Origin: Acidimicrobiia bacterium
Lineage (GTDB): Bacteria > Actinomycetota > Acidimicrobiia > Spongiisociales > JALYHC01
Reading direction: 5' to 3'
Length of the DNA: 61,789 nt
NCBI GenBank assembly: GCA_050742155.1
Contig: JBOGFC010000081.1
Span: 1 to 61,789, forward strand
In this document: in pieces, positions 27,325 through 37,230 of the stretch
Layout: every line of letters starts with the position of its first letter
How positions within the stretch are numbered: the stretch's first letter is position 1
Program-made: the position numbers and the translations under genes
Notes under the pieces: generated by a model
What the model saw: the letters and a program-made list of their open reading frames with translations, nothing else
Database searches by the model: none
What the model was told of the DNA's origin: nothing

Positions 27325-29235
27325 GTGGGGGGGATGGGAATGAGCGGCCTGGTCTGGTTGGTGATCGCCCTTCCCCTGTCCGGAACGGTGGTGCTCCACT
27401 TCTTGGGCCGCCGCCTCGGGGAACCTCGGGCCGGTTGGGTGGGCTCGGCGGCGGTCGGGGCGGCTTTCCTAATGGCGGCCGCGCTCTCCTGGCCATTCCT
27501 GCGGGGCGGCGCCGAGGCGGAGGTGGTGGCACTCTTCGAATGGATGCCCGCCGTGGGGGCCCGGGTGGAGCTGCTCTGGGACCCGCTGGCCGCCCTCATG
27601 ACGCTGGTGGTGACCGGGGTGGGCACCCTCATCCACCTCTATTCGATCGGCTACCTGCACGGGGACCCGCGTTTCGGGCGCTACTTCACCTATCTCAACC
27701 TCTTCGTCGCCTCGATGCTCATCCTGGTGCTGGCCGGGAACTTCGCGCTGCTCTTCCTGGGCTGGGAGCTGGTCGGCCTCTGCTCCTACCTGCTCATCTC
27801 TTTCTGGTTCACGCGACCGGTGGCCGCCGCAGCCGGCAAGAAGGCCTTCGTGGTCAACCGGATCGGTGACTTCGGGTTCATGGTCGGGCTAATGGCCATC
27901 TTCGCCTCCTTCGGCACCCTGTCGTACCGACCGGTCTTCGAGGAGGCGGCCGGGGTGCTGACCGCCGGGACGGCCACCGCCATCACCCTGCTGTTGGTGA
28001 TGGGGGCGGCGGGGAAGTCGGCCCAGCTTCCGTTGTACGTGTGGTTGCCGGACGCCATGGAGGGCCCCACCCCGGTCTCGGCGCTCATCCATGCCGCCAC
28101 CATGGTCACCGCCGGGGTGTACATGGTGGCGCGCACCGCCCCGCTCTTCGACCTGGCCCCGCTGTCGGGGGCGGTGGTGGCCACGGTGGGGGCGGCGACC
28201 GCCCTCTTCGCCGCCACCGTCGCCCTGGCCCAGACCGACATCAAGCGGGTCCTCGCCTACTCGACCATCAGCCAGCTCGGCTACATGTTCGTGGGGGCGG
28301 GCGCCGCCGCCTACGTGGCGGGGCTCTTTCATCTGATGACCCATGCCTTCTTCAAGGCCCTGCTCTTTCTGGGGGCCGGCTCGGTGATGCACGCCCTGGC
28401 CGGCGAGCAGCGCCTCCACCGAATGGGGGGACTGCGGAGGGTCATGCCGGTCACCTTCGGGACGATGGTGGTGGCCTGGCTGGCCATCTCCGGTATCCCT
28501 CCCCTGGCCGGATTCTGGTCGAAGGACGAGATCCTGGCGGCCAGCTTCGTGAGGGGCGGCTGGTACATGGTCCTGTGGGCGGTGGGTCTGCTCACCGCCT
28601 TGCTGACCGGCGTCTACATGACCCGCTGGTTGCTGCTCATCTTCTTCGGGCGGCCTCGCTGGTCCTCTGGGGACGATGGACCGCATCCGCATGAGGCTCC
28701 CGGGATCATGACCGGGCCGCTGCTGGTCCTGGCGCTGCTCTCGGTGGTGGGGGGGCTGGCCAACACGCCCTTCCGGGCCGGACTGCACCACTTCCTGGAA
28801 CCCGCCTTCGAGGGAATCTCACCTGCCGACCCCCCGGAGGGGATCCTGCTCTGGGTCTTGCTGGGGCTCTCGGTGCTGGCCGGGCTGGCCGGGATCGTGA
28901 TCGGGGGGCTGGCTTACGCCGTCTCACCCGAGGCTCGCGGTCGGTGGCTGGAGCGGATCCGCGGGCCCTGGCGCTGGCTGGGCCACGGCTATTACGTGGA
29001 CGAGCTCTACGGAAACGTGGTGGTGCTGCCGGCCAAGCTGGCCGCCGCCTGGTCGGCGTTCTTCGTCGACCAGCAGATCATCGACGGGGCCGTGAACGGT
29101 ATCGGCAACCTGGTGCGCCGTCTGGGAGCCGGTCTGCGGCCCGTACAGACCGGCTTCGTCCGCAACTACGGCCTGGTCCTCATGGCGGGGGCGATCGGCC
29201 TCCTCACCTGGTTCCTCTCCAGAGGTGGGTTGTGA
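27325..29235 (+). CDS. nuoL: NADH-quinone oxidoreductase subunit L
   Basis: Antiporter-like subunit with WELVGLCSYLLISFW and GKSAQLPLYVWLPDAMEGPTPVSALIHAATMV. The start may be GTG 27325, ATG 27334 or ATG 27340. Confidence 0.92.
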   Translation: MGGMGMSGLVWLVIALPLSGTVVLHFLGRRLGEPRAGWVGSAAVGAAFLMAAALSWPFLRGGAEAEVVALFEWMPAVGARVELLWDPLAALMTLVVTGVGTLIHLYSIGYLHGDPRFGRYFTYLNLFVASMLILVLAGNFALLFLGWELVGLCSYLLISFWFTRPVAAAAGKKAFVVNRIGDFGFMVGLMAIFASFGTLSYRPVFEEAAGVLTAGTATAITLLLVMGAAGKSAQLPLYVWLPDAMEGPTPVSALIHAATMVTAGVYMVARTAPLFDLAPLSGAVVATVGAATALFAATVALAQTDIKRVLAYSTISQLGYMFVGAGAAAYVAGLFHLMTHAFFKALLFLGAGSVMHALAGEQRLHRMGGLRRVMPVTFGTMVVAWLAISGIPPLAGFWSKDEILAASFVRGGWYMVLWAVGLLTALLTGVYMTRWLLLIFFGRPRWSSGDDGPHPHEAPGIMTGPLLVLALLSVVGGLANTPFRAGLHHFLEPAFEGISPADPPEGILLWVLLGLSVLAGLAGIVIGGLAYAVSPEARGRWLERIRGPWRWLGHGYYVDELYGNVVVLPAKLAAAWSAFFVDQQIIDGAVNGIGNLVRRLGAGLRPVQTGFVRNYGLVLMAGAIGLLTWFLSRGGL

Positions 29236-29296
29236 GACGAGGTTCCCCCGGGTTCCGCGTTCCCAGCCGTCTTGCCTTCGGGGGGAGCCGCAACAG

Positions 29297-29338
29297 CTCC
29301 CCCCTCCCCAGCCCTCCCCCCAAGGGGGAGGGGGCAGG
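29297..29338. repeat. Repeat family B, copy 6 (inverted orientation)
   Basis: The reverse complement reads CCCCCTCCCCCTTGGGGGGAGGGCTGGGGAGGGGGG. It lies in the nuoL-nuoM gap just upstream of the nuoM ATG. Confidence 0.7.
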
Positions 29339-29341
29339 ACG

Positions 29342-30883
29342 ATGACCGATTTCCCTCTTCTGTCGGTGCTGGTGTTCTCGCCGGTGGTCGGGGCGCTGGT
29401 GGTCGCTCTGCTCCCGCGGGGACGGCCGGAGACACTGTTGCCGGTGGGGCTGGCGGTGAGTCTCGCGCCGCTGGGGGCGGCCGCCTATCTCCTGGCGGCT
29501 TTCCGGCCCGGTGACCCGGGATTCCAGTTCGTCGAGCGGGTCGGCTGGTACGAGCCCTGGGGCATCTCCTACCTGCTCGGGGTGGACGGCATCTCGCTCT
29601 TCCTGGTGGCGCTCACCACCCTGCTGGTGCCCATCTCGCTGGCCGCCTCGGTCTCGATCCAGCACCGTCTGAAGGAGTTCGTGGGCTCTGTGCTGCTCCT
29701 GGAGGGCGCCCTGATCGGAGTCTTCCTCGCACTGGACCTCTTCCTCTTCTTCATCTTCTGGGAGGCGATGCTCGTCCCCATGTACTTCCTCATCGGCATC
29801 TGGGGCTACGAGCGGCGCATCTACGCGGCAGTCAAGTTCTTTCTCTACACGGCGCTCGGGTCGGCGCTCATGCTGGCCGGCATCCTCTTCTTGACGGTGC
29901 AGGCCCGCGATCAGCTCGGGGCGTTCACCTTCGATTTCACCCGGTTGCTCGACCTCCGCCTGACCCGTACCGCCCAGTTCTGGCTGTTTGCGGGTTTCGG
30001 GTTGTCGTTCGCCATCAAGGTGCCGGTCTTCCCCCTCCACACCTGGCTGCCCGACGCCCATACCGAAGCGCCCACCGCCGGCTCGGTGATCCTGGCCGGC
30101 GTGCTGTTGAAGCTGGGGACCTACGGCTTCCTGCGCTACAACCTCAACCTGTTCCCCCAGGCCACGGTGGCGATGATCCCGGTGATGGCCGGGCTGGCGG
30201 TGGTGGGGATCATCTACGGGGCGGTGGTGGCCATCGTCCAGCCCGACCTCAAGCGGTTGGTGGCCTATTCCTCGGTGAGCCACCTCGGCTTCGTGGTGCT
30301 GGGAATCTTCGCCCTCACCAGCCAGGGCCTGGCCGGCGGGGTCCTGCAGATGGTCAACCACGGCCTCACCACCGGCGCCCTCTTCCTCTTGGTGGGGATG
30401 ATCGTCGATCGCCGGCACACCCGGGAGATCGCCGCCTTGGGCGGCCTGCAGCGGGTCATGCCGGTGTTGGCCGGCTTCTTCCTCTTCATGACGTTCGGCT
30501 CGATCGGCCTGCCGGGCCTGAACGGCTTCATCGGGGAGTTCCTGGTCCTGCAGGGGAGCTTCCTGACCCTGCCACCGCACGCCGTGGTGGCCGCCTTCGG
30601 GGTCGTGCTGTCGGCCGTCTACCTGCTGTGGGCGTACGAACGGGTCTTCACCGGCCCGATCGACCAGCCGGAGAACGAGCGGCTCCTCGACCTGGACCTC
30701 CGCGAGGTGGCCCTCCTGGTGCCCATCGCCCTCCTCGTCCTCGTAATCGGGGTCTACCCGAAGCCGGCCCTGGACCGGATCGGCCCTTCGGTGGAGCAGG
30801 TGCTCGACCGGGTGGAGGCGGCCACCGGCTATGCGGCGCCCGACTATGGCCGAGTCGAGCAGCTGGTTGGCGAGGGCCGGTGA
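29342..30883 (+). CDS. nuoM: NADH-quinone oxidoreductase subunit M
   Basis: ATG 29342 (MTDFPLL). FIFWEAMLVPMYFLIGIWG and KVPVFPLHTWLPDAHTEAPTAGSV. Confidence 0.93.
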   Translation: MTDFPLLSVLVFSPVVGALVVALLPRGRPETLLPVGLAVSLAPLGAAAYLLAAFRPGDPGFQFVERVGWYEPWGISYLLGVDGISLFLVALTTLLVPISLAASVSIQHRLKEFVGSVLLLEGALIGVFLALDLFLFFIFWEAMLVPMYFLIGIWGYERRIYAAVKFFLYTALGSALMLAGILFLTVQARDQLGAFTFDFTRLLDLRLTRTAQFWLFAGFGLSFAIKVPVFPLHTWLPDAHTEAPTAGSVILAGVLLKLGTYGFLRYNLNLFPQATVAMIPVMAGLAVVGIIYGAVVAIVQPDLKRLVAYSSVSHLGFVVLGIFALTSQGLAGGVLQMVNHGLTTGALFLLVGMIVDRRHTREIAALGGLQRVMPVLAGFFLFMTFGSIGLPGLNGFIGEFLVLQGSFLTLPPHAVVAAFGVVLSAVYLLWAYERVFTGPIDQPENERLLDLDLREVALLVPIALLVLVIGVYPKPALDRIGPSVEQVLDRVEAATGYAAPDYGRVEQLVGEGR

Positions 30884-32355
30884 CCACCAACATCTCGTTC
30901 CTGGCCATCGCCCCGGAGGTGGTCCTCACCGCCGGCATCCTGGCCGTGCTGCTGGCCGAGGTGACCTTCTCGCCACCCCGCCCACGCCTGGGACGCTGGT
31001 TGGGAGCCATCAGCGGGCTCACCCTGGCCGGGGCCTTGGCCGGGGCGGTCTGGCAAGGGCTGCGGCTGGGCGCGGAGGGGGGGCTCTACTACGGCGAGAT
31101 GGTCGCCCTGGACGGCCTGGCCGTCGTGGGGCGACTGGTGCTGGTCCTGGTGGCCGCCCTGGGCCTCGGTACGGCCTGGCCGCTGGTGGAAGCTCTCGGG
31201 CGGCGGGGGGCGGAATTCGTGGCGCTGCTGCTGGTCTCGCTGACGGGGATGACCTTGATGGCCGCCTCGGCGAACCTTCTCATGCTTTTCCTCGCCCTGG
31301 AGGTGGCCTCGATCAGCCTGTACGTGATGGCCGGTATCGCCCGGGCCACCGTGGAGGGTGACGAGGCGGCCATGAAGTACTTCCTCCTCGGTTCGTTCGC
31401 CTCGGCGGTCTTCCTCTATGGAGCCGCCCTCACCTACGCCGCCACCGGGACCCTCTCCCTCGAGGGCGTGCGGGGCTTCCTGGCCGGCAACGTGGTGGCG
31501 CGGCCGGGGGTGCTGCTGGCCGGCGTGGCCTTGCTCATGGTGGGACTGGCCTTCAAAGTCTCGGCTGCCCCCTTCCACATGTGGAGCCCCGACGTCTACC
31601 AGGGCGCCCCGGCCGGGGCGGCCGGCTTCATGGCGAGCGGAGCAAAGGTGGCCGGGTTCGCCGCCCTCATCCGCGTGCTGCTGTCCGGCTTCGAGGGGCG
31701 GCAGGCCGACTGGGCCCCGGCCGTGGCCGTTCTGGCCGCTCTCTCGGTGGTGGTCGGCACGGTGCTGGCCATCGCCCAGTCCGACATCCGTCGCATGCTG
31801 GCCTATTCGTCCGTGGCCCACGCCGGGTTCATCATGACCGGGTTGGTGGCCGGCCCGGACGGGCTCACCGGGGTGTGGTTCTACCTGGCCACCTATGGGG
31901 TGCAGCTCGTGGCGGCGTTCGCGGTGGTCATGGTGATGGCCGGCCCGGAGGCGGGACGGTCCGCCCTGGCCGACTACTCGGGTCTCAGCGAGCGGTCCCC
32001 GCTGCTGGCCGGGGTGCTCTCCCTCATGATGGTGGCCATGGCCGGGATCCCGGCCACCACCGGATTCGTGGGCAAGGTGGGAGTGTTCACCGCCGCCCTG
32101 GGGGCCGGCTACCTGTGGCTGGTGGTGCTGGGTCTGGTGGGGGCGGTGGCCGGCTTGTTCTTCTACCTGCGGGTGATCGTTCTCATGTACATGCAGGCCC
32201 CGGTGCCGGCCGAGGCCCCGGGGGCCGCCCGGGCCGGGCCACTTCCCGGCCGACTGGTCAGCGCCGTGCTCGTCGTTTCGACGGTCATCACCCTTCTGTT
32301 CGGCATCCTGCCGGCCCCGCTCCTGGAGCTGATTCGTGCCTCGATTTCTCTCTAA
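30880..32355 (+). CDS. nuoN: NADH-quinone oxidoreductase subunit N
   Basis: The GTG at 30880 overlaps the nuoM stop. FKVSAAPFHMWSPDVYQGAPAGAAGFMA and LAYSSVAHAGF. Confidence 0.92.
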   Translation: MTTNISFLAIAPEVVLTAGILAVLLAEVTFSPPRPRLGRWLGAISGLTLAGALAGAVWQGLRLGAEGGLYYGEMVALDGLAVVGRLVLVLVAALGLGTAWPLVEALGRRGAEFVALLLVSLTGMTLMAASANLLMLFLALEVASISLYVMAGIARATVEGDEAAMKYFLLGSFASAVFLYGAALTYAATGTLSLEGVRGFLAGNVVARPGVLLAGVALLMVGLAFKVSAAPFHMWSPDVYQGAPAGAAGFMASGAKVAGFAALIRVLLSGFEGRQADWAPAVAVLAALSVVVGTVLAIAQSDIRRMLAYSSVAHAGFIMTGLVAGPDGLTGVWFYLATYGVQLVAAFAVVMVMAGPEAGRSALADYSGLSERSPLLAGVLSLMMVAMAGIPATTGFVGKVGVFTAALGAGYLWLVVLGLVGAVAGLFFYLRVIVLMYMQAPVPAEAPGAARAGPLPGRLVSAVLVVSTVITLLFGILPAPLLELIRASISL

Positions 32356-33529
32356 GGGCACGCTGGCCGTCGCCCCGCTGTTGGCCATGTTCCTGCTCGG
32401 CCCCGCTCACGCAGATGTGGCGACGGCGGACGTCGTGCTCGTCCGGGAAGGGGATGTGGTGGACGAGGATCTCTACGCGCTGGCCAACCGGGTGGTCGTG
32501 GAAGGGGTGGTGGCCGGGGACCTGGTGGTGGCCGCCAACGAGGTCCGGATCACGGGTCGAGTGGACGGCGACCTCGTCGGCGTGGCGGGCAGCGCGATCA
32601 TCGGCGGCGAGGTGGGAGGCTCGGTGCGCCTGGCTAGCGGCGAGGTGGTGGCCGACGGAACGATCGGGGAGGACCTGGTCATGCTGGTCGGGAACGCCAG
32701 CCTGGACGGCCAGGTGGGCCGGGACCTCCTGGCCCTGGCCGGGCAGGTCGGCCTGCAAGGAGAGGTGGGCCGGGACGTCCGGGGCCAGTTCGGGACGCTG
32801 AGATTGGGGGGCCGGGTGGGACGAAACGTCGAGGTGGCGGTGGGTGGGCGGCCACTCTGTGGGCCCTTCTCCGGACTGCAGATGTGCCGGGAGACCGGGC
32901 TGGTGGTGGGGGCCGGTGCCCAGGTGGGCGGTGACGTGGCCTACCGGTCGTCGCAGCCGGCCAGTGTCTCGGGGGCGGCCGAGGTGGACGGCCGGGTCAT
33001 CAGGCGCGGGGAGCTGCCGGCCAACGTGCGGGTGCGGGCTGCCGGTCGGGTCCTCTCGGTGTTGGTGTTCCTCGCCTTCGTGGTCACCGGCCTGGTGCTC
33101 CTCGCCCTGCTCCCGCGGATCGGCACGGGCGCCGTGCGGGCGGCGCGTTCCCATCCATGGCGGAGCGGCCTCCTGGGGCTGGCCGTGCTGGTCGTGCTGC
33201 CCTTCCTGGCCGTGCTGGCGGCGGTGACGGTGGTGGGCCTGCCGGTGGCCCTGATCCTGGTCGCCCTGTGGATCCTTGGGTTGTTCGCCGGGCCGGTCCC
33301 TGCCGTGGCCGCCCTCGGGAACCGCTTGCTGGGAGGGCGGGGGAGCCGGTTCGGGGGCTTCTTGCTGGGGTCGGTGGTGTGGGGGCTGCTCCGGCTGATC
33401 CCGGTGGTCGGGGCCATCGTGTACGGGCTCACCCTCCTCTGGGGACTGGGAGCCTGGGCGTCGGGAGTGGGTGCCGACCGCGGGCCGGCGGCCGGCGAGG
33501 CCTCGGGGAAGCACCGCGACGAGAACTGA
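32336..33529 (+). CDS. Secreted beta-helical-repeat (bactofilin/polymer-forming-like) protein with a C-terminal multi-TM domain
   Basis: The GTG at 32336 overlaps the nuoN 3' end by 20 nt. A signal peptide ends in AHA. About ten repeats of the type G-x-V-x-GDLV follow, then 4-5 hydrophobic helices. Confidence 0.65.
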   Translation: MPRFLSKGTLAVAPLLAMFLLGPAHADVATADVVLVREGDVVDEDLYALANRVVVEGVVAGDLVVAANEVRITGRVDGDLVGVAGSAIIGGEVGGSVRLASGEVVADGTIGEDLVMLVGNASLDGQVGRDLLALAGQVGLQGEVGRDVRGQFGTLRLGGRVGRNVEVAVGGRPLCGPFSGLQMCRETGLVVGAGAQVGGDVAYRSSQPASVSGAAEVDGRVIRRGELPANVRVRAAGRVLSVLVFLAFVVTGLVLLALLPRIGTGAVRAARSHPWRSGLLGLAVLVVLPFLAVLAAVTVVGLPVALILVALWILGLFAGPVPAVAALGNRLLGGRGSRFGGFLLGSVVWGLLRLIPVVGAIVYGLTLLWGLGAWASGVGADRGPAAGEASGKHRDEN

Positions 33530-33532
33530 GCC

Positions 33533-34576
33533 TCAGCCGAGGGGAAACGAGACCCCGTCCTCCACGGTGATCGATACCCGCTCCCCGAGTGGATAGACGG
33601 GACTCGGGCCCAGGCGGGCATTGAGCCGCCGACCGCTGTCGAGCTCCAGCACCACCACCTGGTCATGGCCATAGAACTCCCGGGCGATCACCACCGCCTC
33701 ACCCTCCCGGTCGGCGGTGAGCCGCACCGCCTCTGGACGGACCATGACCTCCACCGGTCCCTCGACCGCGCCCGCCGGGCCGTGGGCTTGGAAGGTGCCG
33801 AGCAGGGTCTCCACCTTTCCGTGCCGGGCCAGGCCGGGCAGGAACTCGGCGTCGCCCAGGAAGCCGGCCACCCACGCATCGGTGGGTCGCCGGTAGAGCT
33901 CGTGGGGAGGGGCCAGCTGCACGATGCCGCCCGCTCGCATCACCGCCACCACGTCAGACATGGCCAGGGCCTCCTCCTGATCGTGGGTGACGAAGACGGC
34001 GGTGATGCCGGCCTCCAGCAGGATGGCCCGCACTTCCCTGCGGACCCGGTCCCGCTGCGGGGCGTCGAGATTGGAGAACGGCTCGTCGAGCAGGATCACC
34101 TCCGGTATGGGGGCCAGCGCCCGGGCCAGCGCCACCCGCTGTTGCTCACCCCCCGAGAGCTGATGGGGCATGCGCCGCTCCAAACCGGACAGCCCCACCA
34201 GCTCCATTACCTCTGCCACCCGCAAGGTGCGCTCGGAGCGGGCCAGGCCGTAGCCCACGTTGTGGGCGACGGTCATGTGGGGAAAGAGGGCGTAGTCCTG
34301 GAAGACCATCCCCACCCGGCGACGCTCTGCTGGGACGAACCTGCCCGGTCCCGCCACCAGGCGGCCACCCACCTCGACCGTCCCGGCGTCCGGGTGCTCG
34401 AAGCCGGCCATCACCCGCAGGGCAGTGGTCTTGCCGCACCCGGAGGGTCCCAGCAGGCCCAGGATGCTTCCGGGGGTCACCTCCAGCGAGAAATGGTCGA
34501 GGGCGACGACCGTGCCGTATCGCTTGTCGATCAGGCGGCAGCGGATGGCCGGGCCCGGCTCAGGACTCAGCGGCAT
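33533..34576 (-). CDS. ABC transporter ATP-binding protein (Fe3+/polyamine importer type)
   Basis: Walker A GPSGCGKTT, signature LSGGEQQRVALARAL, Walker B ILLDEPFSNLD, and a C-terminal TOBE-like domain. Confidence 0.9.
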   Translation of the reverse strand: MPLSPEPGPAIRCRLIDKRYGTVVALDHFSLEVTPGSILGLLGPSGCGKTTALRVMAGFEHPDAGTVEVGGRLVAGPGRFVPAERRRVGMVFQDYALFPHMTVAHNVGYGLARSERTLRVAEVMELVGLSGLERRMPHQLSGGEQQRVALARALAPIPEVILLDEPFSNLDAPQRDRVRREVRAILLEAGITAVFVTHDQEEALAMSDVVAVMRAGGIVQLAPPHELYRRPTDAWVAGFLGDAEFLPGLARHGKVETLLGTFQAHGPAGAVEGPVEVMVRPEAVRLTADREGEAVVIAREFYGHDQVVVLELDSGRRLNARLGPSPVYPLGERVSITVEDGVSFPLG

Positions 34577-36167
34577 AGCCCCTCGAGATGAGCAGGTACA
34601 GGGGGACCGCCGAGACCGCCAGGAGCAGCAGGGCGGGGGCGGCCGCCCGGGCGAAGAAGGCGTCGTTGGCCGCCGACCACACCCGCACTGCCAGGGTGTC
34701 GAAGCCGGTCGGGCGGAGCAGCAGGGTGGCCGGCAGCTCCTTCATCGAGGTGAGGAAGACCAGCGCGCCTCCGGCCACCAGGCCCCGGCCCATGAGCGGG
34801 GCGGTCACCGTGGCGATCGTCCCGAGCGGGCCCCTGCCCAGGCTGCGAGCCGCTTCCTCCAGATGGGGGCTCACCTGCAGCAGCGCGGCCCGTCCGGCCC
34901 CGGTGGCCTGCGGCAGAAAGAGCGCCACGTAGGCCACCGCCAGCAGGAAGAAGCTCTGGTAGACGACCGGGAGGTAGTTGGCGGCGAAGAACACCAGGGC
35001 CAGCCCGACGGTGATGTGGGGGAGGGCGTAGACGACGTAGAAGCTCCGCTCGAGCAGGCCGGAGGCTCGGGAGCGGTAGCGCACCACCAGCATGGCGGCC
35101 GGGGCCGCCACCACCATGGCCGCCACTCCCGCCGCCAGCGAGACCCCCAACGACCCCCCGGCCGCCCGCCACACCAGTCGCAGCGGCTCCCCGTTGACCA
35201 CACCTCGGACCAGCCAGAACCCCAGCACCCCGACCGGGAGCGCCAACGCCAAGAAGACCAGGCCTGCCAAGAAGGCGAGGGCCGCCCAGCGGGCTCGTCC
35301 GTCCAGGTGCACGGGAATGGCCGGGCGGGGCGGGCGCCGGCTGTGATAGGCGGCCCGCCCCCGGGTGCGGCTCTCCACCCACAGGATCGCCAAAGCCATG
35401 AGAACGAGCAGCAGGGCCAGCACCGCCGCCGGGGTGCGGTCGAGCCGTCCCTGGTACTGGGCGTAGATCACCCTGGTGAAGGCGTCGAAGCGCATCAGCG
35501 AGACCGCTCCGAAGTCGGACAGGGTGTAGAGGGCCACCAGCAGCCCCCCGGCGGTGGCCGCCGGGCGCAGCTGGGGGAGCACCACGGTGCGGAAAGCCCG
35601 CCGGGGCGAGGCGCCCAGCGCCCGGGCAGATTCCTCCTGGGCGGGGTCCAGGCTGCGCAGGGCGGCGGCCACCACCAGGTGGACATAGGGATAGGTGAAC
35701 AAGCTGAGCGCCAGCCAGGCACCGGTGAAGCCGGCCAGGCTGGGGAGCCGCTCGATTCCTAGCGGGGTTAGTAGATCGGCCAGCAGGCCGCGGGGGCCCA
35801 GGGCCGAGATGAGCACGAAGCCCCCCACGAAGGAGGGGATCACCAGGGGCAGCGAGCACAGCGTGGCCCATATCCTTCGCCCGGCGAGGTCGGTGCGCAC
35901 CGTCAGCCAGGCGGTGGCGATGCCCAGGGCGGTGGCCGAGATGGTCACCGCGGCGGTGAGGAGCGAGGTGTTGGCGAGCAGATGCAGGGTGCGAGGTGAG
36001 AGCAGGACCTGTTGAGCCGCCGCGCTGGCCGTCAGGGCCCGCCAGAGGAGATGGCCGAGCGGAACGAGGACCACCGTCAGCACGACCAGCGGTAGCAACC
36101 ACAGGAACCAGGGGGCGCGGCGCGCCTGTCCGAGGGCTTCCCGGGCCGGACGAGCCAGCACGGTCAC
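34560..36167 (-). CDS. ABC transporter permease, duplicated (FbpB-like iron(III) permease)
   Basis: 535 aa, about 12 TM, with two BPD-transporter halves. It overlaps the ATPase gene and abuts the binding-protein gene. Confidence 0.85.
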   Translation of the reverse strand: MTVLARPAREALGQARRAPWFLWLLPLVVLTVVLVPLGHLLWRALTASAAAQQVLLSPRTLHLLANTSLLTAAVTISATALGIATAWLTVRTDLAGRRIWATLCSLPLVIPSFVGGFVLISALGPRGLLADLLTPLGIERLPSLAGFTGAWLALSLFTYPYVHLVVAAALRSLDPAQEESARALGASPRRAFRTVVLPQLRPAATAGGLLVALYTLSDFGAVSLMRFDAFTRVIYAQYQGRLDRTPAAVLALLLVLMALAILWVESRTRGRAAYHSRRPPRPAIPVHLDGRARWAALAFLAGLVFLALALPVGVLGFWLVRGVVNGEPLRLVWRAAGGSLGVSLAAGVAAMVVAAPAAMLVVRYRSRASGLLERSFYVVYALPHITVGLALVFFAANYLPVVYQSFFLLAVAYVALFLPQATGAGRAALLQVSPHLEEAARSLGRGPLGTIATVTAPLMGRGLVAGGALVFLTSMKELPATLLLRPTGFDTLAVRVWSAANDAFFARAAAPALLLLAVSAVPLYLLISRGYAAES

Positions 36168-36169
36168 GG

Positions 36170-37168
36170 TCAGAGGAGACCTGCCTCGGCCACCAGGTCG
36201 GTGGCCTGATCGATGGTGTCGGCCAGGTGGGAGAGGTTCACGTCCGGGGTGGGGATCTCCTCCAGGGGAGGCAGGGTGGTGGAGGGCGGCACTCCGGAGA
36301 CGAGCGGATACTCGAAGGTCTCCTCCGAGAAGTACCGCTGGGCCTCTTCCGAGAGCAGGAAGCGGACCAACTCGAGGGCCGCCGCCGGATTCTGGCTGGT
36401 GGTCAGCACCCCTACTCCGGCCGGCATGACCAGCGCCCCGGGATCACCCGAGCGCAGGAAGTGGTTGGCGGCCGACACCCGGCCCTGTTCGCCCTCGAGC
36501 CGCAGCAGGTAATAGTGGTTGACCAGCCCGAGATCCACCTCGCCGGCGTCGGCGGCCGCCACGATCGGGGCGTTGCTCTGGTAGATGACGGGGTCGTTGG
36601 CGGCGATGCCTTCCAGCCATTCCAGCGTCCGCCCCTCCCCGTCGGTGAGGATCATGGCCGAGACGAAGGCGAGGAAGGAGCCGTTGGTGGGGGCGATCGC
36701 CACCCGGCCCTTCCAGTTGGGATCGGTGAGCTCCCAGATGCTCCGGGGCAGCTCGGCCTCCGAGAGCGCCTCGGTGTTGTAGACCATCACCCTGGCCCGC
36801 CCCGAGGTCCCCACCCAGCGACCCTCGGCGTCCCGGAATCGCGCCGGCACCCTGCCCAGCACCTCGTCGGGCAGAGTGGCCAGCAGCCCGGCTGCGGCCA
36901 CCGCCCCCAAGGAGGCCGGATCCTGGGCGAAGAACACATCGGCCGGAGAGTTCTGGCCCTCCTCGAGGAGGGTGGCCGCCAGCTCGGTGCTGCCCGCGTA
37001 CCGAACCTCGACCGCGAGGTCGCTCTGCTCCCGGAAACGCTGGAGGAGCGGCTCGACCAGCTCCTGACCCCGGCCGGAGTAGACGACCAGCTTGCCGTCG
37101 GCACCGGATCCGGGGGCGCAGGCGGCGGCGGCGAGAGCTGCCAGCAAGATGATTGTGACGTGCTTCAT
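36170..37168 (-). CDS. Fe(III)-type ABC transporter substrate-binding lipoprotein
   Basis: A lipobox-like LAALAAAAC. KLVVYSGRGQELVEPLLQRF and FFAQDPASLG are typical of FbpA/AfuA-type binding proteins. Confidence 0.8.
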   Translation of the reverse strand: MKHVTIILLAALAAAACAPGSGADGKLVVYSGRGQELVEPLLQRFREQSDLAVEVRYAGSTELAATLLEEGQNSPADVFFAQDPASLGAVAAAGLLATLPDEVLGRVPARFRDAEGRWVGTSGRARVMVYNTEALSEAELPRSIWELTDPNWKGRVAIAPTNGSFLAFVSAMILTDGEGRTLEWLEGIAANDPVIYQSNAPIVAAADAGEVDLGLVNHYYLLRLEGEQGRVSAANHFLRSGDPGALVMPAGVGVLTTSQNPAAALELVRFLLSEEAQRYFSEETFEYPLVSGVPPSTTLPPLEEIPTPDVNLSHLADTIDQATDLVAEAGLL

Positions 37169-37186
37169 GAGAAGGCAGGTTAGATA

Positions 37187-37204
37187 GCACTACGAGCGTA
37201 GTGC
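37187..37204. promoter_or_regulatory. Perfect 8-2-8 inverted repeat GCACTACG-AG-CGTAGTGC in the divergent promoter region (candidate operator)
   Basis: It lies between the binding-protein start (37168, minus strand) and the ideR-like start (37231, plus strand). An adjacent AGGTTAGATAGC resembles an IdeR/DtxR half-site. Confidence 0.35.
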
Positions 37205-37230
37205 AAATTGGTTGACACGAATCGTCAAGC

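Noticed and set aside
37176-37194. A canonical 19-bp IdeR/DtxR iron box overlapping AGGTTAGATAGCACTAC.
   Set aside because: Only about 10 of 19 positions match the consensus TTAGGTTAGGCTAACCTAA, and only one half-site is convincing. It is reported only as context for the neighbouring perfect palindrome.
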